A DNA stretch of 64,000 bases from a bacterium (GCA_965213625.1 CBDBZU010000004.1:2944001-3008000), one strand, 5' to 3'; positions 1 to 9,991 are shown, counted from the stretch's first letter. The notes: generated from the letters alone by a model not told the origin. Program-made: numbers and translations.

Positions 1-172
1 AGCGGCTGGCCGCCGCTTTTGCGGCGCGTATATTCGCCCTCTGGAGGGCCTACGCCGCCCGGAGACGCCGTCTGCGCGTTCATCGCGCCCTCGCGCGCTG
101 ATTGGGATCCCTCCCCGCCGCCGCGTGAACCGCCAGAACACCCGCTTCAAAAAAGGGGTTTTTCAACAGACC
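1..172 (+). mobile_element. Possible right end of an IS1182/IS5-like insertion sequence (partial)
   Basis: An open frame from the window edge (RLAAAFAARIFALWRAYAARRRRLRVHRALAR*) is followed by GGGGTTTTTCAACAGACC, which resembles IS1182-type terminal repeats. No catalytic residues are visible in the window. Confidence 0.4.
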
Positions 173-188
173 CTTGAGGGGGGAGTGG
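171..188. repeat. Half copy of the CACTCCCCCC-TTGA-GGGGGAGT palindrome family
   Basis: CCCTTGAGGGGGGAGTG matches the loop and right arm of the palindrome at 61846-61869. Confidence 0.55.
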
Positions 189-296
189 TTGTTAGGGGGC
201 TCTGCAAGGGGAGAATGGTTTGACGCGACCGTAAGGGCCTTTTCAACAACTCTCCCAATGTCGGCGAAATATTCGTCCCATCCATCGCTTTACTGC

Positions 297-755
297 TCAC
301 CTAACCTCGAGAATCACCTCGAGCTCTACTGGCGCTCCTAATGGCAACTCCGCCACGCCCACCGCCACTCTGGCGTGCAAACCCTTGTCCCCGAAAATCT
401 CGGCGGCCAGATTTGACGCCCCGTTCACGACAAGCGGTTGAGCCGTGAAATCGGGCGCAACGGCAACGTAACCCGTCATTCGCACGATTCTCTCCACGCG
501 CTCCAGATCGCCCAGAGCCGCTTTCGCCTGTGCGATGGCGTTCAGAAAACAGAGTGCGGCGCATTCCTGGCCCTGCTCGATGGAGACGTCGAGCGGCACT
601 TTCCCCTCGTAAATCATCGCCCCGTCCTTGATGGGAATCTGGCCCGAGATGAACATCAAGGACCCGGATATGACGAATGGCACATACGCCCCGACGGGCG
701 CAGGCGCATCGGGCAATTCGATACCCAGTTCATTCATTCGCTCGGCGATGCTCAT
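297..755 (-). CDS. RidA/YjgF/UK114 family protein
   Basis: GAYVP..SGQIP and HARVAVGVAELPLGAPVELE motifs. The start was reassigned to ATG 755 (MSIAERM), which overlaps the mobA stop (ATGA). Confidence 0.9.
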   Translation of the reverse strand: MSIAERMNELGIELPDAPAPVGAYVPFVISGSLMFISGQIPIKDGAMIYEGKVPLDVSIEQGQECAALCFLNAIAQAKAALGDLERVERIVRMTGYVAVAPDFTAQPLVVNGASNLAAEIFGDKGLHARVAVGVAELPLGAPVELEVILEVR

Positions 756-1381
756 TTCGGCTCTCCCCTCATCGAGATGGTTTTTATTTTTTCGAATTCT
801 TCCGGTGTATTCGCGTTCAGAAATGACGCCCCCTCGGGGTCCCACATCCTCCAGATCGCCTCCTCCACCCGCCTCACGCGCACTTGCTCGTGAAACCCTA
901 TCATCTTGAGACGCCCCGCCGAAATGGATTGCTCGATAGAAAGCTCGCATTTTTTTCCGTAAATCGCGCAAAGCGGCTCGGGGTAATCGTCCTTGACGGG
1001 TATCACCACGTCCAAATCCTCCACCATCGAGGCAAGGCCGCGTATGAGAGCGGGCCGCAGCAGCGGCATGTCGCATCCCGCCACGAAGACGTGCGAGCTT
1101 TCCGCGCTCGCCACGGCGGTATGAAGACCGCCCAGCGAGTCGTTGCCGGGATGAATGTCCCCCACCACGTCGAGCCCCATCCGCTCATATTGTTCTTTCT
1201 CGTTCGCGATAATGAGGAGTTCAGAAAAAACCTCGCCGAGGGTGTCCGCGATGCGCCTGATGACGGGGACCCCGCCAATCTCCAGCATGGATTTGTCTTG
1301 TCCCATGCGGCGGCTTCTGCCGCCTGCCAGGATGGCGGCGGAAAACGGCAGTCTCCCCCTCCCTTCGGTGTTCATGCGCAA
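752..1381 (-). CDS. mobA: Molybdenum cofactor guanylyltransferase
   Basis: LAGGRSRRMGQDK, GCDMP, EPLCAIY and NANTPEE motifs; adjacent to moeA. Confidence 0.92.
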   Translation of the reverse strand: MRMNTEGRGRLPFSAAILAGGRSRRMGQDKSMLEIGGVPVIRRIADTLGEVFSELLIIANEKEQYERMGLDVVGDIHPGNDSLGGLHTAVASAESSHVFVAGCDMPLLRPALIRGLASMVEDLDVVIPVKDDYPEPLCAIYGKKCELSIEQSISAGRLKMIGFHEQVRVRRVEEAIWRMWDPEGASFLNANTPEEFEKIKTISMRGEPK

Positions 1382-1418
1382 TGCCCCGGGAGGAGGCGAT
1401 AGTCAGGAAGCTGTTTGT

Positions 1419-2690
1419 TCAGGAGTGCACCCGTTCCGGGGTAGCCGCCTCGATGTGCTCGGGTTTTTCTGAGGGCGTCTCCCCCAGCAAAATGACCTGC
1501 ACGCGGCTGCCGGCGGCGAGTTCGGTCTCATATTCGGGGAATACGACGAGGGCGTTCGCCCGCACCATGGAATGCAGGATGTTGGAGCCTTGGGCCTCGA
1601 TGGCCTGAACGATAAATTCCTCCCCGTCCCGGTAGACGATGGAGCGAACGTAGTGGCGCCGCTCGGGCGATTTCGTGAGCGGGTGCAAGAGGCGCGCCGC
1701 CACGCTGGCGCGGAACAGGTTTTCATGGCCCTGCATCTTCAGCAGCGATGGCCGCACAAAGAGCTCGAAGCTGACCATCGTGGAGACGGGATTCCCCGGC
1801 AGGCCGAACACGGGCTTACCGTTCAGGACGCCGAACGCCATCGGTTTGCCCGGCTTCATGCGCACGCGCCAGAATCGCATGTCGTTTCCCAGCCCGCCCA
1901 GCGTGGACTTTACGAGATCGAAATCTCCCACCGACACGCCGCCGCTCGTGATAAGCAAATCCGCGGCCAGGCCGTCGTTGATGTGGCGGGTCAGGTCTTC
2001 GGCGTTGTCGCGGGCAATGCCCAGGAGAATCGGATCTCCACCGGCTTCTTGCACCTGTGCGGCGAGAGCGTAGGAATTGGAGTTGAATATCTGTCCCACG
2101 CCGGGGGCGTCGCCCAGGTCGACAAGTTCCTCTCCCGTCGCCAGGATGGCCACTTTTGGTTTTTGATAGACGTACACCCTCGCCCGGCCGATGTTCGCCA
2201 GCATCCCTGCGGAAGCAGGACCCAGGCGGGTGCCGTGCGATAAAACTGTCTCACCGGGCTTCACGTCCTCCCCGGCCAGGCGGATGGCCTCTCCTTCGCG
2301 CACGGCGAGGAATATCTGGACTTCCTCCTCGGAGATTCTCTCCGTCTCCTCGACCAGCACGACGGCGTCCGCACCGTCCGGGATGGGCGCGCCCGTCATG
2401 ATCTTGATGGCCTCGCCAGGACCCAGCGTGCGGCTCGCCATGACGCCGGCCTGAATCTCCTCGACCACCCTGAGCGTTTTGGGCGTCTCCCTGCTCGCGC
2501 CCGTCACGTCTTCCGCGCGCAGGGCGTAGCCGTCCATGGCCGAGTTGTTCCATGGCGGAACGGGCCGTGAGGATTGGACGTCTTCGGCCAGCACCCTGCC
2601 CGGGCAATCGAGCAGGCCCACCCGCGCGCGCCCCATCGGGTGTATCATCTCGAGTATCGTTTGTTGGGCGTCTTCCACGCTGATCATCAA
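1419..2690 (-). CDS. moeA: Molybdopterin molybdotransferase
   Basis: NSAMDGYA, IMTGAPIP, TSGGVSVGDFD, MKPGKP and LPGNPVS motifs. Confidence 0.95.
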   Translation of the reverse strand: MMISVEDAQQTILEMIHPMGRARVGLLDCPGRVLAEDVQSSRPVPPWNNSAMDGYALRAEDVTGASRETPKTLRVVEEIQAGVMASRTLGPGEAIKIMTGAPIPDGADAVVLVEETERISEEEVQIFLAVREGEAIRLAGEDVKPGETVLSHGTRLGPASAGMLANIGRARVYVYQKPKVAILATGEELVDLGDAPGVGQIFNSNSYALAAQVQEAGGDPILLGIARDNAEDLTRHINDGLAADLLITSGGVSVGDFDLVKSTLGGLGNDMRFWRVRMKPGKPMAFGVLNGKPVFGLPGNPVSTMVSFELFVRPSLLKMQGHENLFRASVAARLLHPLTKSPERRHYVRSIVYRDGEEFIVQAIEAQGSNILHSMVRANALVVFPEYETELAAGSRVQVILLGETPSEKPEHIEAATPERVHS

Positions 2691-2832
2691 AGGCTCCAGT
2701 TTCTTTGAATCCCGCTCTCTCCATTCCGGACGCCGCTATTATAACCGACGCCCGTGAGGGAACAAGCCGAAGGCCGCTTCGGGAGGCGGGCACGGGATTG
2801 CGAATTTCAGACATTTTCATTAGAAATGCCCT

Positions 2833-3276
2833 ATGCCCAAAGACCAGTACAACTACAAGAGTGAAATGCGCGTGCGTTTTGGGGAAACCGACCTCCAGGG
2901 CGTGGTGTTCAACGCCAACTACCTCCTCTACGTCGACACCGCGCAGATGGACTACCTCCGCACCATCGGCGTCCCATACTTCGACATGCTCGAGCGGGGG
3001 TACGACATCGTCATCGTCGACGCCTCTGTGCAGTTTCTCGCGCCCGCTCATTTCGACGAGGTTCTCGAAGTCTACGCGCGCATCTATGAAATCGGGAACT
3101 CGAGCATCAGGATGGATTATGAGATCTACGAGGCCGAAACGGAGCGCTTCGTCGCCAGGGCGCAGACGGCCTACGTCATCATCGATAAGGACTCACAGAA
3201 GCCCGTCCGCGTGCCTCCCTACATTCGCCGCGCCGTCAGGGACTTCGAATCGAGAGAAGATATTGAAGAAACGTAA
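2833..3276 (+). CDS. Acyl-CoA thioesterase (YbgC/4HBT hot-dog family)
   Basis: RVRFGETDLQGVVFNANYL motif; 147 aa. Confidence 0.9.
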   Translation: MPKDQYNYKSEMRVRFGETDLQGVVFNANYLLYVDTAQMDYLRTIGVPYFDMLERGYDIVIVDASVQFLAPAHFDEVLEVYARIYEIGNSSIRMDYEIYEAETERFVARAQTAYVIIDKDSQKPVRVPPYIRRAVRDFESREDIEET

Positions 3277-3535
3277 ACGCAACTGATTTTCCGCTTCATA
3301 CGGCGCGGATAATGCAATTACCTCCATTTTCCGGCCCATGGGCGAAAATCGAATCGTTGAGAAGCGCGCTGCTTCATGATAAAATAACAAAATCGATACC
3401 TGCTGTGAAAGATTGTTTTTTGAGACGTTCCGCCGTTGATAAGAGTGGTGAAATCGTTTTTTCAGTCATCAACCGATGATGGAATCGTTTTCGCTGTAAC
3501 AGGCACAACATTCCGCAGCACAAAAAGGAGGGAAT

Positions 3536-4540
3536 ATGATGAAATCGCTGAAAGCATCGAGATGCGCTATTCCGTTCCTCACCCTCGCGCTGACTTTGTT
3601 CATTGTCGTTGCGCTGGGGACCACACAGGCTCTTGCTGCATGGAAGCCGACGCGGCCGATCGAGTTCGTCATCATGGCGGGTAAAGGAGGTGGCGCGGAC
3701 CGCATCGCCCGCCTCATGCAGAAAATCGTCACCCAGAACAAATGGTCGCCGCAGCCACTGGTGCCAATCAACAAAAAAGGCGGTTCAGGCGCCGAGGCGA
3801 TGCTCTACCTGCTCTCGAAAAAAGGAAATCCCCACGTCATTCTCGTGACGCTCAACAGCTTCTTCACCACCCCGGCCCTGCGGAAACTGCCGGTGAACTA
3901 CACGAAACTCACACCGGTCTACCGCTTGGCCATGGATACGTTCCTGCTCTGGGTCAACACGAAATCGGGAATCAAGAACATGGATGATTTCGTGAAGGCC
4001 GTGAAAGCCAAAAAGGGCAAGTGGACCATGGGCGGCACGGGCAAAATGCAGGAAGACCAGCTCGTCACCAATATGCTCATGCAGGCCTACGGCCTGAAAG
4101 GCATGATCACTTATGTGCCGTTCCGTGGCGGCGGCACCGTGGCGAAAAACCTGGCCGGCGGACACGTCGACTCGACGGTGAACAACCCCTCCGAGGGTCT
4201 GCCGCACTATCCCGGCAAAATGAGGCCGATAGCCGCGCTGACGCCTGAGCGGATCCCTGCTTTCAAGGAGGTTCCCACTTTCAAAGAAATGGGCCAGCCG
4301 CAACTCGTGTATTTCATGCAGCGCAGCATCACCGCGCCCGGTGGCATCCCCAAGGATGCCCTGAAATGGTATAGCGATTTATTCGCCAAGTTGTGCGCTT
4401 CCGGGGAATGGAAAACCTATACGGAGAAGAAGGCGCTGAATCGCGCTTGTCTGACTGGCGCCCCGCTGGGCAAATTCTTCGCCTCCGAGGACACAAAGCA
4501 CAAGAAGCTGCTCATGGGTATGGGTTTGCTGAAGAATTAG
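3536..4540 (+). CDS. tctC: Tripartite tricarboxylate transporter substrate-binding protein (TctC/Bug)
   Basis: Signal peptide; GGGADRIAR, NKKGGSG and YVPFRGGG motifs; followed by TctB and TctA. Confidence 0.9.
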   Translation: MMKSLKASRCAIPFLTLALTLFIVVALGTTQALAAWKPTRPIEFVIMAGKGGGADRIARLMQKIVTQNKWSPQPLVPINKKGGSGAEAMLYLLSKKGNPHVILVTLNSFFTTPALRKLPVNYTKLTPVYRLAMDTFLLWVNTKSGIKNMDDFVKAVKAKKGKWTMGGTGKMQEDQLVTNMLMQAYGLKGMITYVPFRGGGTVAKNLAGGHVDSTVNNPSEGLPHYPGKMRPIAALTPERIPAFKEVPTFKEMGQPQLVYFMQRSITAPGGIPKDALKWYSDLFAKLCASGEWKTYTEKKALNRACLTGAPLGKFFASEDTKHKKLLMGMGLLKN

Positions 4541-4557
4541 CTTGGAGAAGAATTTAG

Positions 4558-5049
4558 ATGCAACGGGCGGATAGGATTGTCGCCATCGGGCTGATTCTCG
4601 TCAGTCTCGGCGTCGCCTGGAAATCTACGGAACTACCAGTCGGCATTCTACCGAAAGAAGGGCCAGGAGGGGGATTCCTCCCCTTCTGGCTCTCTTTGGG
4701 AATCGCCGTCGTGTCGTTGATGGTATTGATTCAGTCGCTGGTTTCCGCGCGCCGGGATGAATCATCCGCCAGTGGCGAAGGGGTATTCATGAGCCGGGAG
4801 GGTCTGGGCGACCTGTTGCGAGTCGGCCTGCCCGGAATGATCATGATTCTCTTGATCGGCATCATCTCGGTGTATTTCTCGGCGGCTCTTTTCATCTTTT
4901 ATTGTTTGTTCCTGGTCGGGGGGCACAACCTTAAAACGAGTTTCGGCGTATCCATAGGCGTCCCGGTCGTGGTCTATTATATTTTTGAGAAATTCCTGAT
5001 TATCCCTTTACCGAAGGGGTATGCGGAGTATCTGTTTTACTGGAACTGA
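4558..5049 (+). CDS. tctB: TTT small membrane subunit TctB
   Basis: About 4-5 TM segments, GPGGGFLP and a C-terminal LIIPLPKG. Confidence 0.85.
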   Translation: MQRADRIVAIGLILVSLGVAWKSTELPVGILPKEGPGGGFLPFWLSLGIAVVSLMVLIQSLVSARRDESSASGEGVFMSREGLGDLLRVGLPGMIMILLIGIISVYFSAALFIFYCLFLVGGHNLKTSFGVSIGVPVVVYYIFEKFLIIPLPKGYAEYLFYWN

Positions 5050-5130
5050 TTATTCACCGTTTCCTTTGCCCATCGTTTAGGAAAATTACTGTAACCGTGG
5101 GGGCAAGGTTCGTCCTAAGGGCCGAATACA

Positions 5131-6657
5131 TTGGAGATTCTCGGTAATCTATTCTACGGGCTGGGTATTGCACTCTCGCCTCAGAATCTGTTGATGGCGC
5201 TGTTCGGCGTCGTCCTGGGCGTTGCGATTGGCGCGATGCCCGGACTGGGTTCCGTGAACGGCGTCGCCATCCTGTTGCCGATTACGTTTGCGGTACCCCC
5301 GACAAGCGCCATTATTTTCCTGGCCGCCATCTACTACGGAGCCATGTACGGCGGCGCCATCAGTTCGATCACCTTGAACATACCGGGTGCGTCCACGGCC
5401 GTTGCGACCACTTTCGACGGCTACCCGCTGGCGAGAAGGGGGAAAGCCGCCGATGCCCTTGTGACGGCCGCGGTGGCCAGTTTCATCGGCGGGACGATAT
5501 CCATCGTCCTCTTCACTTTCTTCGCCCCGCCCCTTGCCGAGTTCGCCTTGCGCTTCGGCCCGCCCGAAGAATTCGCCGTCGTGCTCCTGGCGTACGCGAC
5601 CTTCGCGGGACTGGGCGGGGAAAGCCCCCTCAAAACCATTATCGCCACCATGATCGGCCTGCTCATGTCCACCGTGGGCACCGACATCGTAAGCGGCTCG
5701 CCCCGCCTGATCTTCGGCGGCATTACGGGTTTCTATCACGGCATCAATTTCCTCGTGCTGGCCATCGGCATCTACGGGGTCGGCGAGATTTTCTACACCC
5801 TCGAAGAAGGGTTCAAGACGAAAGAGAGGTACCAGGCGAAACTCGGCATCAAAGAAATCTTCGCAACACTCAAGAACCTCACGCAATACTCCCCCACCAT
5901 TTTGCGAGGCTCTTTTCTGGGATTTTTCGTCGGCATGCTCCCCGCCGCGGGCGCCACGCCCGCGAGTTTCATGAGCTACAGCATCGCAAAGAGGTTTGCG
6001 AAAAACCCGGAAGAATTCGGCAAGGGCACCATCGAAGGCGTCGCCGCGCCCGAGTGCGCCAACAACGCGGCGAGCACTGGCTCCATGCTCCCTATGCTGA
6101 CGCTTGGGATTCCGGGCTCCCCGACCACCGCTGTGATGCTCGGCGCCTTGTTCGTGTGGGGGCTCGTGCCGGGTCCCCGGCTGTTCGTCGAAAACGCAGA
6201 TTTCGTCTGGGGACTTACGGGGAGCCTCTACATCGCGAACACGATGGCGGTCATCGTCGCGATTTTCGCCGTTCCCCTCTTCATCTGGATGCTCAGAATG
6301 CCCATGACGATTCTTGCGCCGATCATCCTGGTCGTCTGCGCGGTGGGCGGTTTCTCGCCGACGCAGGATATGTTCGACGTGTATCTGATGTTCATCTTCG
6401 GCGCTGTCGGCTATATATTCCGCAAGCTGGATTATCCCCTCGCCCCGATGGTGCTGGCGCTGGTTCTGGGAGGTTTGACGGAGCGCACCTTCCGCCAGAG
6501 CATGATCATGAGTCACGGGAGCCCCGGAATCTTTTTCGACTTCGCAGGCCACCCGATAGCCGCGGCTTTGATGATGCTATCCGTCGTCCTGTTCGTCCTG
6601 CCGCTTCTGCCGATGCTTTTCAAATTCAGGGTTTCCCGGGCAGGCACTTCATCCTGA
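5131..6657 (+). CDS. tctA: TTT large membrane subunit TctA
   Basis: GAMPGLG, YGAMYGG, FDGYPLA, APECANNA and TLGIPGS motifs. Confidence 0.95.
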   Translation: MEILGNLFYGLGIALSPQNLLMALFGVVLGVAIGAMPGLGSVNGVAILLPITFAVPPTSAIIFLAAIYYGAMYGGAISSITLNIPGASTAVATTFDGYPLARRGKAADALVTAAVASFIGGTISIVLFTFFAPPLAEFALRFGPPEEFAVVLLAYATFAGLGGESPLKTIIATMIGLLMSTVGTDIVSGSPRLIFGGITGFYHGINFLVLAIGIYGVGEIFYTLEEGFKTKERYQAKLGIKEIFATLKNLTQYSPTILRGSFLGFFVGMLPAAGATPASFMSYSIAKRFAKNPEEFGKGTIEGVAAPECANNAASTGSMLPMLTLGIPGSPTTAVMLGALFVWGLVPGPRLFVENADFVWGLTGSLYIANTMAVIVAIFAVPLFIWMLRMPMTILAPIILVVCAVGGFSPTQDMFDVYLMFIFGAVGYIFRKLDYPLAPMVLALVLGGLTERTFRQSMIMSHGSPGIFFDFAGHPIAAALMMLSVVLFVLPLLPMLFKFRVSRAGTSS

Positions 6658-6733
6658 CCGGGTGAGGTTTCGCGCCGGAGGCATTCTTTAGGGAAAGCGT
6701 GCTCCGTCCGTCGGGCTTCAGGGAAATGGCGCT

Positions 6734-7630
6734 TCAGGCGTCCATCGCGCACCGGAAGCCGATGTTGAAATTCTTGTACCAGGGCTCGAAGCCCTCTCTC
6801 GCCGAACACCTGAGACTGTCTTCTATGTAATCCCAGCCGCAGCCCCGGGCGACCTTGGCCGTCCAGGCATACCCCGCCCTGCGCGGCAGCCAGCCCTCCG
6901 TGTTCCCGAAGCGGATCTTGTAACTGTCTTCGTCTCGCAGCAGGATCTCGTAGCGCTCGCCGCGTTTTACTTCGCCCAGGCTCAGGTTTCCCCCTCCCGG
7001 AACGGCGAATACGGGCACCTTCGCCATCGCCACCTCGAAAGTAGGCTTCTCGAGTCCTTTCGGATTCTCCACCGGACCCGTCTGGTAGTAAAACCCGTCA
7101 AACCAGTCCGCCACCCACTCGAAGACGTTCCCGGCCATCTGCACGCAATCGTAAGGAGATGCGCTATCCCCGAAATCATTCACGTTGGCGGGGCAGTGAA
7201 TATCCGTTTCCGTGCTCGCGTAAACGGCTCGCTCGGGAGATGGTTCATCCTCCCCCCATGGATACTTGCGGCCATCCGTTCCGCGCGAGGCTTTCTCCCA
7301 CTCCGCCTCGGTCGGCAGGCGCTTGCCCACCCACTTGGCGTATGCGTTCGCCTCCTCCCAGCTGATGCTGACGATGGGCTGCTCCGGCCCCACGAAATCA
7401 TCTCTTGTAAATGAGGGAGGTGGAGGAAACGCCTCGGTCTCCTCCAGAAATGCGCGGTACTGCGCATTCATAACGCAGTATTTGTCGATCCAGAAAGCGT
7501 CGAGCGTGACTTCGCGCTGGGGACGCTCATCCGCGTTCCCGGTCTCGGAACCCATCTGGAAAGAACCAGCCGGCACACACACCATCGCGGCTTCGTCTTT
7601 CCCTCTTTTCGTTTCCCTCACATCGTTCAT
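6734..7630 (-). CDS. FGE-sulfatase (SUMF1/EgtB-like) fold protein with an internal SH3-like insertion
   Basis: FQMGS, RLPTEAEWEKA, YPWG, MAGNVFEW and IGFRC motifs, with about 60 extra residues between NPKG and KVARG. Confidence 0.85.
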   Translation of the reverse strand: MNDVRETKRGKDEAAMVCVPAGSFQMGSETGNADERPQREVTLDAFWIDKYCVMNAQYRAFLEETEAFPPPPSFTRDDFVGPEQPIVSISWEEANAYAKWVGKRLPTEAEWEKASRGTDGRKYPWGEDEPSPERAVYASTETDIHCPANVNDFGDSASPYDCVQMAGNVFEWVADWFDGFYYQTGPVENPKGLEKPTFEVAMAKVPVFAVPGGGNLSLGEVKRGERYEILLRDEDSYKIRFGNTEGWLPRRAGYAWTAKVARGCGWDYIEDSLRCSAREGFEPWYKNFNIGFRCAMDA

Positions 7631-7667
7631 CTTCGTCTCTTTGGTTTCGTGCGCTCAGACATGAGCG

Positions 7668-7697
7668 AAAAAGAGCGGGGCCCCGAAGGGCCCCGCC
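7668..7697 (-). terminator. Rho-independent terminator after the oxidoreductase operon
   Basis: Minus strand reads GCGGGGCCC-TTCG-GGGCCCCGC followed by TCTTTTT. Confidence 0.85.
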
Positions 7698-7729
7698 GTG
7701 AACTTGCCGATTTTCTGCTTCCCGAATTC

Positions 7730-8758
7730 CTACTTCTTGCTCGGGTCGTTCACCTTGAAGGGAATCACGCCGGGCACCATCCAGTCGTCCCACATCTTGT
7801 CCACTTCACTCTGGAAGTATTCGTAGTCTTCCTCTACGAAGTGGTGGAAGCGGCCCTGCGTTTCCAGGTACTCGCGCACGGGTTTGCGGCCACGCTTGCC
7901 GTACACCTGGCGGGCGGAAATGCCCGTGTAGGTCAAGGCTCCATCCGTCATCTCCCAGAGCGGGAAGAGACCCGTCTCAACGGCCAGTTCGCCCAGCTTG
8001 TGGGAGTAGAAGGGGTCGTAGTCCCAGCCCTTCGGGCACGGGTCGAGCGTGTGTACGAACGCAGGCCCTTTCACGGCCAGCGCCTTGCGGACCTTGTCGA
8101 TCAGGTCGGCAGGATAGGATGCGTCCGCCGTCGCAACATAGTTGCAGCGCGTGTGGCCCACCGCGTACATGGCGGCGATGTTCTTCTTCCAGCAGTCGTG
8201 CATGATGCGGAACTTCTTGCCCGGAGGCGTGAACGTCGTGTTCGCGCCCCAGGGGGACGCGCCTGAAATCTGGATATCGGTGTTCGCGTACGACTCGTTG
8301 TCGTAGCAGATGATCGCCAGATTGTACTTCGCGTGCATGAGCGCCGCCGATATGGACGAGACGCCCATGTCGATGCCGCCCCCGTCTCCGCAGAAGGCGA
8401 TGACGTTGATCGGCTCTTCCTTCATCTTGCCCTTGCGCATCAGTGCGCGAAGAGCCGCCGCCGTTCCTGTCGCCGCCGAGCCCGAAGAACCGAGCTGCGT
8501 GTGCATCCACGGCACCACCCAGGGGGTGCTGTAGTAGGTGGTGTTCGCCACGTACATGCAGCCCGTGCTGCCCAGGATGATGGAGCGGGGGCCGGCCGCC
8601 TTGGCCATGAGACGCATGATGAGCGCGCTCTCGCAACCCTGGCACGTTCTGTGCCCGCTGGTGAAATACTCTTCCACCGCTTTCTCGGGAATGGCGTTCA
8701 CCTTCCCCATCAAGGGAAGTTCCTGAGTTCCGATGTTGTATTCAGAGGTTTCAGCCAT
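7730..8758 (-). CDS. 2-oxoacid:ferredoxin oxidoreductase beta subunit (oxalate oxidoreductase-like)
   Basis: GHRTCQGC, TGC, the TPP-binding GDGG..YDNESYANT and PCPKGW motifs. Confidence 0.9.
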   Translation of the reverse strand: MAETSEYNIGTQELPLMGKVNAIPEKAVEEYFTSGHRTCQGCESALIMRLMAKAAGPRSIILGSTGCMYVANTTYYSTPWVVPWMHTQLGSSGSAATGTAAALRALMRKGKMKEEPINVIAFCGDGGGIDMGVSSISAALMHAKYNLAIICYDNESYANTDIQISGASPWGANTTFTPPGKKFRIMHDCWKKNIAAMYAVGHTRCNYVATADASYPADLIDKVRKALAVKGPAFVHTLDPCPKGWDYDPFYSHKLGELAVETGLFPLWEMTDGALTYTGISARQVYGKRGRKPVREYLETQGRFHHFVEEDYEYFQSEVDKMWDDWMVPGVIPFKVNDPSKK

Positions 8759-8760
8759 GA

Positions 8761-9978
8761 TTATCCCCTCACGCCGATCCAGTCGACTTCGTTGTCGGCC
8801 GCATCGTTCTGACCCATGGAAATGACCTTGTCGGCCATCTGTTTGACGTCTTCGAGCAACACCTCACGGCCACCGAGGCCGCAAACGAATCCTTTCATGT
8901 GAGGCGCCTTGTCCGCCCCGTACATGGCGGCTTTTATTTCATTATACACGATACCGCCGTGATAGGGAGAACCAAACGAATAGTCGCGGTCGATGACGCC
9001 CACCGCCTTGAAGCGCGAGAGCGATTCGCGCAACTCTTCTGTCGGGAATGGGCGGAACCACTTGAGACGAACCATACCGACTTTCTTGCCTTCCTTACGC
9101 ATTTCGCGAATGGCGACTTTCACCGGCAGACTCAGTGTTCCTACGCCGCACAGCACGACGTCGGCATCCTCTGTCATATACTCATCGAGGAAGGGGTTGG
9201 TGTTTGTACCAAAAATTTTACTGAAATCGGCGTGGGCTTCCTTGAGCACGGTGTAGGAGTTTTTCGCCGCCTCGCTGCTTTGGCGTCTCACTTCCATGAG
9301 CCAGTCTTCGTTGGCTTGTGGCGCGATGGTGATGGGGTTGTCCGGATGAAGCAGCAGGTCTCCCCTGTCGTAGGGAGGCAGGAATGCGTTGACTTCATCC
9401 TGTCCGGGCAGCCGCACCGTCGCCTGGCTGTGCGTCAGGAATGCGCCGTCCATCGCGATGGCGCAAGGGAGATATACCCTCGGGTCTTCGGCGACGCGAT
9501 ACGCCAGAAGACCGAGTTCGATGACTTCCTGCGCCGTGTCCGGGAAGTTGATCATCCAGCCCAAGTCACGAACGAGCATGGCGTCGTTGTGCTCGGTGCC
9601 GAACGCGCCTGGGTCATCCAGAGCGCGGCAGCCCACCAGGGCCACCATCGGTAGCCTGAGGCCCGCCGTAACGGCGAGCGGCTCCATCGCATAGAGCCAG
9701 CCCACGCCGCTCGAGCCGGTGAACACGCGCGCGCCGCAGGCCGAGGCGTGTTTGACTATCTCGAACTGACCGTGTTCGCTTTCCGCCGGGATGTAGTCGG
9801 CGTCGAAATCGCCCTCGGCGATGAACTTGGAAACATACTGCATCACGGTGTCATACGGTCGTATGGGATAGGCCGTGATGACATCGACGTCGGCGAGACG
9901 GCAGATATGCGCCATGACCTCGCTTCCGGTGAGGAGATGAACCCCCGCACCTTGTTGTTGTTCGGTAGCTGTTGCCAT
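8761..9978 (-). CDS. 2-oxoacid:ferredoxin oxidoreductase alpha subunit (oxalate oxidoreductase-like)
   Basis: AYPIRP (not YPITP), ESEH, RALDDPG, RPFP and GLGGR motifs. Confidence 0.9.
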   Translation of the reverse strand: MATATEQQQGAGVHLLTGSEVMAHICRLADVDVITAYPIRPYDTVMQYVSKFIAEGDFDADYIPAESEHGQFEIVKHASACGARVFTGSSGVGWLYAMEPLAVTAGLRLPMVALVGCRALDDPGAFGTEHNDAMLVRDLGWMINFPDTAQEVIELGLLAYRVAEDPRVYLPCAIAMDGAFLTHSQATVRLPGQDEVNAFLPPYDRGDLLLHPDNPITIAPQANEDWLMEVRRQSSEAAKNSYTVLKEAHADFSKIFGTNTNPFLDEYMTEDADVVLCGVGTLSLPVKVAIREMRKEGKKVGMVRLKWFRPFPTEELRESLSRFKAVGVIDRDYSFGSPYHGGIVYNEIKAAMYGADKAPHMKGFVCGLGGREVLLEDVKQMADKVISMGQNDAADNEVDWIGVRG

Positions 9979-9991
9979 CAGTTCGCTCCTA

